Assembly: GCF_052173515.1 (NCBI RefSeq)
Contig: NZ_JBQMYL010000011.1
Span: forward strand, 3,277 to 67,276
Direction of reading: 5' to 3'
DNA length: 64,000 nucleotides
Origin: Porphyromonas endodontalis
Lineage (GTDB): Bacteria; Bacteroidota; Bacteroidia; Bacteroidales; Porphyromonadaceae
In this document: positions 41,134 to 50,049 of the stretch, piece by piece
Numbering within the stretch: position 1 is the stretch's first letter
Layout of the letters: each line of letters starts with the position of its first letter
Translations under genes and position numbers: made by a program
The notes under the pieces: generated by a model
Database searches by the model: none
The model's input: only the letters and a program-made list of their open reading frames with translations
Told to the model about the DNA's origin: nothing

Positions 41134-44100
41134 ATGGACCAGACGCTTATATACGTAATTAGTGCCCTTCTTTCACTGCTTGTGATGGTGGGCATTGCCC
41201 TTATGAGTAAGGTGCGTTATGCCTCTTTGGGTAATTCTCTTAGTGCTCTGGCCATCCTTGCCGGTATTGTTTTTACTCTACTTACAAAGGAAAATAATGG
41301 TACTCCTATCATTACGGCTTGGACTCTCTATCCCTCTCTCGCTATTGGGGCTTTGATTGGTGGGCTATTTGCCACGCGCGTAAAAATGATACAGATGCCC
41401 CAGTTGGTTGCTTTGCTCAACGGACTAGGGGGAGGAGCATCTGCGCTTGTGGGGATTCTCTCCGTAGCAGGCATTGGCGAACGCCTGGCAGCCACTGCAT
41501 TTAGCAATTTTACCGGCTATCTTGCTATTGGCATAGGGCTTATTACCCTCGTTGGTAGCCTTGTTGCTGCCGGAAAATTGCATCGCCTTCTTCCACAAAA
41601 GCCGCAGGTTTGGGCTTTCCATTCGATGGCGACTGTACTCTCGCTTGTGGTAATGGCGATACTGATTCTTATTGGTACTTTTTCTCAATACGAGGGAATG
41701 CCTGTATTCTGGTTAATTGCCGGAGTGGCTATCTTCTCCTCTCTATTTGGACTTTATTTCTCCATTCGCGTAGGAGGGGCCGACATGCCTATCACCATCT
41801 CGCTACTCAACTCCTTGAGTGGGGTAGCCGGGGCTATTGCCGGTATGGCTATTGGGGACGTCCTGCTCGTTGCGGTGGGTGGTATTGTAGGGGCATCAGG
41901 TTTGTTGCTGACACAGATTATGTGCCGAGCTATGAATCGTAGCCTTCTCTCTATCCTCCTGGGTACAAAGAAAAAGGTGGCTACGCCTGCACCTTCATCT
42001 GTGGCAACGGCTTCATCGGCTGCTGCTCCCAAAGTAGAAGTAAAGAAAACCCCCAGTGAGGTACTCTCCACAGCCAAGCGAGTAATCATCGTACCGGGCT
42101 ATGGTATGGCACTGGCTCAGGCTCAACACGAGGTAAAGCAACTTGCCGATGCTCTTCGCAAAGGGGGTGCAGAGGTTCGCTTTGCCATCCATCCCGTGGC
42201 AGGTCGTATGCCGGGTCATATGAACGTACTCCTTGCCGAGGCCAATGTTCCCTACGACGATCTCTTTGAGATGGAGGCTATCAACGACGACTTTGCCAAG
42301 GTAGATGCCGCTATCGTAATCGGGGCTAACGACGTACTGAACCCTGCTGCTCGCAATGCAGAGGGTACGCCCATCTACGGCATGCCTGTACTGAATGTAG
42401 ACCAAGCTCCCTACGTGGTTATCTGCAACTACGACCTCAAACCGGGTTATGCCGGCGTGGAGAATCCGCTTTACACGAGAGAAGAGGGCGTGGCACTCCT
42501 TACAGGGGATGCTAAAGAAACCGTCTCGGCTCTTCTTACTGATTACCAAAAAGCGTTGGCAGGTAATGGCGCAGTAGCTCCTAAAGCCGAAGCTAACGAT
42601 AAGCCTACGGCAGGGGCTATCCTCTCCACAGCCAAGCGCGTAATTATCGTACCCGGCTATGGTATGGCACTGGCTCAGGCTCAACACGAGGTAAAGCAAC
42701 TTGCCGATGCTCTTCGCAAAGGGGGTGCAGAGGTTCGCTTTGCCATCCATCCCGTGGCAGGTCGTATGCCGGGTCATATGAACGTACTCCTTGCCGAGGC
42801 CAATGTTCCCTACGACGATCTCTTTGAGATGGAGGCTATCAACGACGACTTTGCCAAGGTAGATGCCGCTATCGTAATCGGGGCTAACGACGTACTGAAC
42901 CCTGCTGCTCGCAATGCAGAGGGTACGCCCATCTACGGCATGCCTGTACTGAATGTAGACCAAGCTCCCTACGTGGTTATCTGCAACTACGACCTCAAAC
43001 CGGGTTATGCCGGCGTGGAGAATCCGCTTTACACGAGAGAAGAGGGCGTGGCACTCCTTACGGGAGATGCTAAAGAAACCGTCTCAGCTCTTCTTACTGA
43101 TTACCAAAAAGCATTGGCAGGTAATGGCGCAGCAGCTCCTAAAACCGAAGCTAATGATAAGCCCACGGTAGGGGCTATCCTCTCCACAGCCAAGCGAGTA
43201 ATCATCGTACCCGGCTATGGTATGGCACTGGCTCAAGCCCAGCATGAGGTAAAGCAGCTTGCTGATAAACTTCGTTCGAAGGGGGCAGAGGTCCGTTTTG
43301 CCATCCATCCTGTAGCAGGCCGTATGCCGGGGCATATGAACGTACTCCTTGCCGAGGCGAATGTACCCTATGAAGATCTCTTTGAGATGGAGGCTATCAA
43401 CGACGACTTTGCCAAAGTGGATGCCGCTATCGTAATCGGAGCTAACGACGTATTGAATCCCGCAGCTCGCAATGCTGAGGGTACACCTATCTACGGCATG
43501 CCAGTGCTGAATGTAGACCAAGCTCCCTACGTAGTTATCTGCAATTACGACCTCAAACCGGGTTATGCCGGCGTAGAGAATCCGCTTTACACGAGAGAAG
43601 AGGGCGTAGCTCTCCTTACGGGGGATGCCAAAGAGAGTCTTGCTCGTCTCATGGAAGAGATGGATCAGACCATTGCTCCCGAGGCGGAGGGGGCAAAGGA
43701 ATCTTCCCCCGGTACCTCATCCTATACCCAGTGGATGAAGGAGGCACGTAAGGTAATTATTGTACCCGGTTATGGTATGGCACTCGCTCAAGCCCAGCAC
43801 GAAGTGAAGCAACTCGCCGATAAACTTGCAAAGCAGGGGGCAGAGGTTCGCTTTGCCATCCATCCTGTGGCAGGTCGTATGCCGGGTCATATGAACGTGC
43901 TTCTTGCCGAGGCAAATGTACCCTACGACGACCTTTTTGAGATGGAGGCCATCAACAATGATTTCGCTTCTACCGATTTGGTGATTGTGATTGGGGCTAA
44001 CGATGTTTTGAATCCTGCTGCTCGTAACGCCGAAGGCACGCCCATTTACGGCATGCCGGTGCTGAATGTGGATCAAGCGCCTCATGTGATTATCTGCAAC

Positions 44101-44217
44101 TACGACCTCAAACCGGGGTATGCCGGGGTGGAAAATCCCCTCTATACACGTGAGGAGGGAGTAGCTCTGCTTACGGGAGACGCCAAAGAGTCTCTCCAAA
44201 AGCTTCTTGCTCTCTAG
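41134..44217 (+). CDS. pntB: Transhydrogenase subunit beta with four tandem dIII domains
   Basis: MPQLVALLN, GGADMP, LNSLSG, AMNRS in the membrane part; four copies of VPGYGMA..AQ, HPVAGRMPGHMNVLLAEA, GAND, GYAGV.NPL, GDAK. Confidence 0.95.
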   Translation: MDQTLIYVISALLSLLVMVGIALMSKVRYASLGNSLSALAILAGIVFTLLTKENNGTPIITAWTLYPSLAIGALIGGLFATRVKMIQMPQLVALLNGLGGGASALVGILSVAGIGERLAATAFSNFTGYLAIGIGLITLVGSLVAAGKLHRLLPQKPQVWAFHSMATVLSLVVMAILILIGTFSQYEGMPVFWLIAGVAIFSSLFGLYFSIRVGGADMPITISLLNSLSGVAGAIAGMAIGDVLLVAVGGIVGASGLLLTQIMCRAMNRSLLSILLGTKKKVATPAPSSVATASSAAAPKVEVKKTPSEVLSTAKRVIIVPGYGMALAQAQHEVKQLADALRKGGAEVRFAIHPVAGRMPGHMNVLLAEANVPYDDLFEMEAINDDFAKVDAAIVIGANDVLNPAARNAEGTPIYGMPVLNVDQAPYVVICNYDLKPGYAGVENPLYTREEGVALLTGDAKETVSALLTDYQKALAGNGAVAPKAEANDKPTAGAILSTAKRVIIVPGYGMALAQAQHEVKQLADALRKGGAEVRFAIHPVAGRMPGHMNVLLAEANVPYDDLFEMEAINDDFAKVDAAIVIGANDVLNPAARNAEGTPIYGMPVLNVDQAPYVVICNYDLKPGYAGVENPLYTREEGVALLTGDAKETVSALLTDYQKALAGNGAAAPKTEANDKPTVGAILSTAKRVIIVPGYGMALAQAQHEVKQLADKLRSKGAEVRFAIHPVAGRMPGHMNVLLAEANVPYEDLFEMEAINDDFAKVDAAIVIGANDVLNPAARNAEGTPIYGMPVLNVDQAPYVVICNYDLKPGYAGVENPLYTREEGVALLTGDAKESLARLMEEMDQTIAPEAEGAKESSPGTSSYTQWMKEARKVIIVPGYGMALAQAQHEVKQLADKLAKQGAEVRFAIHPVAGRMPGHMNVLLAEANVPYDDLFEMEAINNDFASTDLVIVIGANDVLNPAARNAEGTPIYGMPVLNVDQAPHVIICNYDLKPGYAGVENPLYTREEGVALLTGDAKESLQKLLAL
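42064..44200 (+). repeat. Intragenic tandem repeat, four units of 555-558 bp
   Basis: CTCTCCACAGCCAAGCG at 42064, 42622, 43180; GYGM codons at 42097, 42655, 43213, 43768. Confidence 0.97.
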
Positions 44218-44242
44218 GAGAGACTTTCCCTAAAATCTTTCC

Positions 44243-44279
44243 ATCCCCACTAGATTCTTCTAGTGGGGATTTTTCTTTT
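44243..44279 (+). terminator. Intrinsic terminator of the pnt operon
   Basis: ATCCCCACTAGA-TTCT-TCTAGTGGGGAT followed by TTTTCTTTT. Confidence 0.85.
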
Positions 44280-44495
44280 CCCTCTCTCCCTACAAAAAGT
44301 GAGCACCTCGCGAGAAGATGATGTTTCGCGCGAGGTGCTCTATATAAAACAGATTCAAATTAGTTGTCTTTAGAGGGAAATGGGTTGGGGCTTCCTAACG
44401 TGCTCCCGCATTTCTGGAAGCCCCGAGTTTAATAGAAGAATATGAAAAGGAAAATGTTGTTTTAGTCTCTCTTATTATGAGGTAGAGGTGTGATC

Positions 44496-45020
44496 TTACC
44501 GATTGCGAAGGGGACCCTTGCGAGAGGATTGCTCCGGAGATTGTACCGCTTCCTCTATTTGTTTACGAGTGAATTTGCCGATGAACGAAATGGCTACGTA
44601 CTCCTCCGGCGAGTCGACCAGGAGGTAGAGATCGTGTATTTCGTTGCCCTTTTTCCTACCCACAAGGTGCATGGTTCTTTGGTCCTCTTTTACAAAAAAG
44701 AGTTGCTCGTAGGTGGGTGAGTCCATCTTGATCATAGGGGTGAAGATGGAGCGCATGAGCTGGATGTTCTTACGGTCTGCTGCCGAGAAGATGTATACGG
44801 AGTTCACCGCTTGTATCAATCCGTGTAGGGAGGCTGAGTGTCCGTTACCTCCCGAAAAACGTAGGGAAGACTCCGAAAGCATAGAGGAGGATAGGTAAAC
44901 TACCGTGATGCCGTCTGTAGACATTAGACGCTCCAGTGTAGTGTTGTTTTGCGCCTGCACAGGGCGGAAGGTAAGAGGTAGCAGTGCAAATAGGGCGGTG
45001 ACGATGGGTAGGAGTTTCAT
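44496..45020 (-). CDS. DUF4252-like exported protein
   Basis: Signal peptide; DGITVVYLSSSML...LYLLV...YVAISFIGKF pattern; ECF cassette context. Confidence 0.65.
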   Translation of the reverse strand: MKLLPIVTALFALLPLTFRPVQAQNNTTLERLMSTDGITVVYLSSSMLSESSLRFSGGNGHSASLHGLIQAVNSVYIFSAADRKNIQLMRSIFTPMIKMDSPTYEQLFFVKEDQRTMHLVGRKKGNEIHDLYLLVDSPEEYVAISFIGKFTRKQIEEAVQSPEQSSRKGPLRNR

Positions 45021-45046
45021 ATCGTAGAAGGGTATATCTAGAGAGA

Positions 45047-45622
45047 CTAATAGGCGATATCAAAGGGGGTGGCAAAGGGAGTGGAGGAGCTCATTGGCTC
45101 TAATTGTTGGTAAGAGGCATCTAAGAAGTTAGATACTTCTTCTAGGGTAGAGTGGGCTTTGGTATAATGTTCGTTGCCGGCTGAGAGGCAATCGTCGAGT
45201 AACCCAAAGGCGCGTGCCATCTCACGATCCACTTCCTCTTGATCTATGGGGCGAGTGTTACGCCAAGAGCCGTTGGGCTCGGTGGTGGGTTGCCAGATAG
45301 AGGTGCCGATAGCGATAAGGAGAGCCAAGGCAGCAGCGGCAGCCCAAATATGTTTTGGGATAATGCGCCAACGCTTCTGTACCTTCACTTCTTGAGTTGC
45401 TTGCTCCTTCTGCCCCTGCAAAGAGAGCTGGGCGGCCGCCATCATCATATGCTCCATGGCGATTAAGTCCGGGCGATAGGGGCTGTCTTCGGGCTCTTCG
45501 AGCAGAGAGATATAGAGGGACACTTCCTCTTCGGGAGAGGTTGAGCCATCGTAGTACTTCCGGAGTAGCTCCTCAAGGTGGCGTGGAGTAGTCATTCTTT
45601 TTATCGCTCTAGGGGTGATCAA
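45047..45622 (-). CDS. Putative single-pass anti-sigma factor
   Basis: LLRKYYDGSTSPEEE N-domain, WAAAAALALLI TM helix; directly downstream of the ECF sigma gene (alternative ATG 45595). Confidence 0.65.
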   Translation of the reverse strand: MITPRAIKRMTTPRHLEELLRKYYDGSTSPEEEVSLYISLLEEPEDSPYRPDLIAMEHMMMAAAQLSLQGQKEQATQEVKVQKRWRIIPKHIWAAAAALALLIAIGTSIWQPTTEPNGSWRNTRPIDQEEVDREMARAFGLLDDCLSAGNEHYTKAHSTLEEVSNFLDASYQQLEPMSSSTPFATPFDIAY

Positions 45623-46128
45623 TCTTTTTCAAATAGGGCTCGCACTTCTTTGCGAAGGCGAGATAGGGTGCTTCGTACTGTTGTCTCTTGTAGGCCGAGT
45701 CGCTCTGCTGTCTCTTGGTTGGATAGCATCTCGTAGTGCCTTAGTGAGAATATACTTTTTTGGGGTTCGCGTAGTTGCTCTACCCAATGTGCAAGGCGTT
45801 CTTCTCCGCTCTTTGCCACAAGTGTGCTATGGGGGTCGGCACTATTGTCTATCTGTAGAGCTAGAGCTGTCTCTGCCTCTTTGCCACTCGTGCGCAGCCT
45901 CTCGCCGGCACTCTTGAGGTGGTCTAGGCATCGGTTGCGTGCAATACGTACGGCATAGGCTTGTGGCGATTGCACGTTGTCTAGCTCATCTCTCTGCTCC
46001 CATAGGCGGAGGTAAACATCTTGTGTGATATCGTTGGCTACCTCTTGGTCTGTAAGTAGGGCCACGCACACCATAAATATCACCTGCCTGAGGGGGAGGT
46101 AAGTTTGGTTGAATGTAGCCTTATTCAT
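45619..46128 (-). CDS. ECF (sigma-70 group 4) RNA polymerase sigma factor
   Basis: DITQDVYLRLW, RIARNRCLD, region 4 LSNQETAERLG...TVRSTLSR. Confidence 0.92.
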   Translation of the reverse strand: MNKATFNQTYLPLRQVIFMVCVALLTDQEVANDITQDVYLRLWEQRDELDNVQSPQAYAVRIARNRCLDHLKSAGERLRTSGKEAETALALQIDNSADPHSTLVAKSGEERLAHWVEQLREPQKSIFSLRHYEMLSNQETAERLGLQETTVRSTLSRLRKEVRALFEKD

Positions 46129-46163
46129 ACAGATAGAGAGTAGAAGGGATGGTGCCTATCGGG

Positions 46164-46730
46164 CTATTTATTCTCCGTTTGAGCAGGGGCTAAGTGAATA
46201 GAACTATTAAGTCTAAAGTGACCTAGTAGGCGGATCACTTGTTGCCGCTTCTCGTTTGTGTACAGGATATACATACCCGTAAAGGTAGGAGCCTGGGGAT
46301 TGTGTATGCCAAAGATACGTACTTTGTCACTACCCTCGCTGGCAAGAGTGATCAATTCACAATCCTCAAACTGGAGGGGAGAGAAAAGAGATGCGACAAC
46401 CTTCTGTTCTTCTTGGGTGAGTGCTAGCGAACGAGGTATAGAGAGTATGAAAAGACTTTGCTCTTCCGCTTCTTTGAGAGTAAGAGGTAAAGTACCGCTA
46501 TCACTCTTGAAACTTGATGTTGCCAAAGCATCTAGGAAGTCCCCATCTATCACAGGGGTAGTGCCACTAAACAACTGAGCCAAGGCTTCAGCTCCAAAAT
46601 AGCTACACTCCACTCCCTCTATGCGAGCACATTGCTCGAATAGATTCGCAATAGAAGTAGTGGTAGACTGAGCCATTGCACTTAGGCAACCGGCAAACCC
46701 CAAGAGGGAAACCAGAAGGTGTCGAATCAT
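46164..46730 (-). CDS. Exported hypothetical protein, possibly a divergent DUF4252
   Basis: Signal peptide ...SAMAQ; EGVECSYF and EGSDKVRIF resemble the 44496 protein layout. Confidence 0.55.
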   Translation of the reverse strand: MIRHLLVSLLGFAGCLSAMAQSTTTSIANLFEQCARIEGVECSYFGAEALAQLFSGTTPVIDGDFLDALATSSFKSDSGTLPLTLKEAEEQSLFILSIPRSLALTQEEQKVVASLFSPLQFEDCELITLASEGSDKVRIFGIHNPQAPTFTGMYILYTNEKRQQVIRLLGHFRLNSSIHLAPAQTENK

Positions 46731-46870
46731 CTTTTATTTCTTTGTCATGTGAGTCCTTTGAGAGAGGGGGCACTACGCGTTGCGCTTTTTCGTTCCTCCT
46801 TCTTCTCTGTTTGGGCTCTCGCTTAGAGCCCCCTATTCATAAGACGAACTGAGATCGGATTTGTTGCATC

Positions 46871-46995
46871 TGAGGGTGAAATATTTTTCGCTCTTGCCCT
46901 GGATTTGAAAATTTCTAGGGCAGAATTTTCCAAAAAATCAGCTAGAATGGGAGTCTTTTTCCAGGTGAAAAAAGAAAAACTTTTGGGCGAAGGAT
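46871..46995. repeat. Degenerate 22-bp periodic array
   Basis: GAA cores at 46923, 46945, 46967, 46989; TGCCCT/AGGGCA hairpin. Confidence 0.55.
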
Positions 46996-47224
46996 CCTCC
47001 CCCTGTTCGTTTCTGGCCGGAATCCCCTGCTTCCTGCTTTGTGTTAAGAATGCTCTTGTTCCTGGAATCTGCATACACCATTAGGTACTGCCATATGAAT
47101 TTGATTTGTTATTTTTGTGTTAGAGTTATTTGTGAGGATATTCTTCCTAATTTATCAAAAGAATAGGAGGGGGAGAATAGCTCTTCATATTGTTACAGGA
47201 AATCCTCTCGTTTGTGGAATGATT

Positions 47225-47872
47225 ATGCATACAAAGAAAGTATTTGTTCTAATTTGTTGTTCAGTATGTTTGGCTTTGCTCTTATCTTGCAAAGAGAATA
47301 GGAATGAACCAACTGTAAAGGAGGAACCGACACTCGAGGAGATCCATGCAAAGGGAGCAAAAACTCTTAATGAGATTTTGCTAGAGCATGAAGCGAGCAT
47401 TCGGGGAGGTGGTACCTTGGTAGAGAATCCCCAATCAGGGTGTTCTTTACGTGGTTATGGTCCCGTAAAAGAAGAAACATACTATGGTTTCACAAGGGAT
47501 GTTCACCTCGGAAGGAAGCCCCAGTTGTGTTATCTCAATGTAGAGCTATGCCATGGATATTATTTGGTTGATGTCCATTCCGTCGTTCTAGAAGTAAGGG
47601 CAAAGCCTTTTACTGAATACGAACAAGTAGACTCTCCAAGATGTGGTTACATTCCTACTTCTCATATAGATCCTTCCCAGATTATGCCCAATAGGTTTAA
47701 TAATCCAAGTAGAGGCTATTTTAATGATGGTTATAAGGCTGGAGGACTTCAGTACTTTAGGACTTACTACATTAGGGTTGCTTATAGTCTGAGTGGAATG
47801 CAGATTAATCATACTCTTCCTGATTTTCCTAAGAACTTCGAATGGAATATTGTCTATCGCGAAGCAGAATAG
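47225..47872 (+). CDS. Hypothetical lipoprotein (AT-rich, accessory)
   Basis: MHTKKVF...LLLSC lipobox followed by KENRNE; own terminator at 47905-47942. Confidence 0.75.
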   Translation: MHTKKVFVLICCSVCLALLLSCKENRNEPTVKEEPTLEEIHAKGAKTLNEILLEHEASIRGGGTLVENPQSGCSLRGYGPVKEETYYGFTRDVHLGRKPQLCYLNVELCHGYYLVDVHSVVLEVRAKPFTEYEQVDSPRCGYIPTSHIDPSQIMPNRFNNPSRGYFNDGYKAGGLQYFRTYYIRVAYSLSGMQINHTLPDFPKNFEWNIVYREAE

Positions 47873-48157
47873 GGGGCTGTAAATAAGATAGCAGAATATA
47901 AGAGAAGGGAGTATTGAAAGAGGATTTTCATACTCCCTTTTTATTATAGAGAACAAAAAACATTGTTGTCCCCTGTCTGTAATCTCTTCAGAATGTATTC
48001 TCCTCAGAGGGGAAGATAACTTAAAAAATACAGTTCTCTCTCTTTGCATATGTGTAAATTCTTAGGAGGTTATTTGCTTTGCTATTCCTGAACTTACACG
48101 GATAGGATGTGGTGATGCTGTACCTTTGTGTCTTGAATTAGAGAGAGAAGGCTTCGT

Positions 48158-48487
48158 ATGCGTATTATTCGTAATTCATATATCCCTTTTCGAGGATTTA
48201 CCGCCATGAATCTTTTTGGGATACTCTTTGTACGTCGGGAGGCTGCGGAACTTACGCCGGAAACTCTCAATCACGAAAAAATCCATTCTGCCCAGATGCG
48301 AGAGATGCTTTACATCCCTTTCTATATCTGGTATTTACTGGAGTGGATCCTAAGACTCTTCCTCCCGCGCAATGCCTATCGCAATATCTCTTTTGAGCGA
48401 GAGGCATATAAATACCAAAACGACCTCTCCTACCTAAGTAGAAGAGGTCGCTTTACGTGGATTCGTTTCTTGTTTAGAGCCGGTTAG
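48158..48487 (+). CDS. Small hypothetical protein with HExxH motif
   Basis: HEKIH...FEREAY with a hydrophobic segment; TACCTTTG at 48121-48128. Confidence 0.75.
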   Translation: MRIIRNSYIPFRGFTAMNLFGILFVRREAAELTPETLNHEKIHSAQMREMLYIPFYIWYLLEWILRLFLPRNAYRNISFEREAYKYQNDLSYLSRRGRFTWIRFLFRAG

Positions 48488-50010
48488 CGGTCTTCGAAGC
48501 TTTTGAATACCTCCGGGAGGTTGTCAATAATGTCGGAGGCAATGAGGGCTGTTTCGCTAGACCTAGCCGCAAAGAGGTCGCCCGCTTCCCCATGGAAATA
48601 GTTGGCGAGTACTGCTGCCGTAGAGGGGTCGTACCCTTGAGCCAGTAGGGCTAGGATAATCCCTGTGAGCACATCGCCACTCCCTGCTGTTGCCATACCC
48701 GGGTTGCCCTTACTATTGAAGTAGATACTCCCAGCAGGGGTACACGTGGTGGAATAGGCTCCTTTTAAGATGATATTTAGTCCGTGTGTACGAGCAAAGT
48801 AGGTAGCCTGCTCAAGGCGTTCTTCGTCCGTATCCCAATGGGTCGTGAGTCGGTCGAATTCCCCTGCATGAGGGGTGAGAATGCTACCTTTGGGCACTAG
48901 ATCGAGTAACGACTTGTGGCGTGCAATTAAGTTGAGAGCGTCGGCATCTATCACAAAAGTCTTGTCGCTTGCATTGGAGAATAGGTCAATAAGCATTTCT
49001 GCCGTCTCCTCCTCTTGTCCCAGCCCGGGGCCTATGGCAATCACATCGTACTGTCGTAGGTTGTCTACCATTGTCGTGATGTTGCTATTCACGTCAAGGT
49101 CGAGCATGGCCTCGGGTACAGCTGCCTGCAATGCCGTCTCTCCACGGTAAGGAATATGGCAGGTGAGCTTGCCGATACCACTCCTGAGAGCTGCTTTGCT
49201 GGCAAGTATCGCTGCGCCCATTTTGCCTTGAGAGCCTGCAATGAGTAGTCCATGACCAAATTGCCCCTTGTGTGCGAAGCGATCGCGACGGCGGAATATC
49301 GTAGCTAGCGTATTCTCCTCAATCAGATAGTGGCGCGTAGGTAGGTTGTCTTTGCCACTACTGCTCAGCCCAAGTTGTATGACACCGGGCTGCCCAATGA
49401 AGGGGGCATTTTCTGCAAAGAAGAAACAACGCTTAGGGTACTCCAGGGTATAGGTATAGGTAGCTTTGATGATGGCATCACGGTCTACCATAAGATTCTC
49501 GCTGGGATACAAGCCCGAGGGAAGGTCTATGGATACAACCTCACACTGCGATTGATTGATGTATTGTATGATGCTTCTATAGGCTCCCTCCGGGGTGCGA
49601 TTGAGTCCTGTACCGAAGAGTCCATCAATAACAATATGCTTGGGGGTTAATACGGGGAACTCAATTTTGCCACTAATCACCTCTTGTAGTTTGATATTGG
49701 GGTGATTGGCAACGCGATTTCTCATAGTCTCACATGCGGAGGAAAGGGACTGCTTCCCCTGGATCAAAAAGACCGAGACTGCATAGTTGTTACTCGCAAG
49801 CTCAAGAGAGAGAGCTAGGGCATCGGCTCCATTATCACCATTCCCGGCAATGCAAACAATGGGGCGTCCACAATTCTTATAAACATGCAAAAACTCTTCG
49901 GCGAGCTTGGTTGCTGCATTTTCTATAAGAGTGAGGAGGGGTAACCCCTCGTGCTGTATGGTGTGCGTATAGAGGGCGTTAATTTCTTCGCCGGAGAATA
50001 TCTTTATCAT
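48484..50010 (-). CDS. nnr: Bifunctional NAD(P)H-hydrate epimerase/dehydratase
   Basis: GNGDNGAD, DGLFGTG, IDLPSG, HKG.FG, DADALN, TPH.GEF, ATAGSGDVL. Confidence 0.93.
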   Translation of the reverse strand: MIKIFSGEEINALYTHTIQHEGLPLLTLIENAATKLAEEFLHVYKNCGRPIVCIAGNGDNGADALALSLELASNNYAVSVFLIQGKQSLSSACETMRNRVANHPNIKLQEVISGKIEFPVLTPKHIVIDGLFGTGLNRTPEGAYRSIIQYINQSQCEVVSIDLPSGLYPSENLMVDRDAIIKATYTYTLEYPKRCFFFAENAPFIGQPGVIQLGLSSSGKDNLPTRHYLIEENTLATIFRRRDRFAHKGQFGHGLLIAGSQGKMGAAILASKAALRSGIGKLTCHIPYRGETALQAAVPEAMLDLDVNSNITTMVDNLRQYDVIAIGPGLGQEEETAEMLIDLFSNASDKTFVIDADALNLIARHKSLLDLVPKGSILTPHAGEFDRLTTHWDTDEERLEQATYFARTHGLNIILKGAYSTTCTPAGSIYFNSKGNPGMATAGSGDVLTGIILALLAQGYDPSTAAVLANYFHGEAGDLFAARSSETALIASDIIDNLPEVFKSFEDR

Positions 50011-50049
50011 ATAACTGTACCAAAGGCTAGAGAGGAGAGGGCTTAGGCT

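Noticed and set aside
42013..44199. Long minus-strand ORFs (316, 145, 160 aa) with internal repeats
   Set aside because: Antisense shadows of the pntB repeats; no independent protein features
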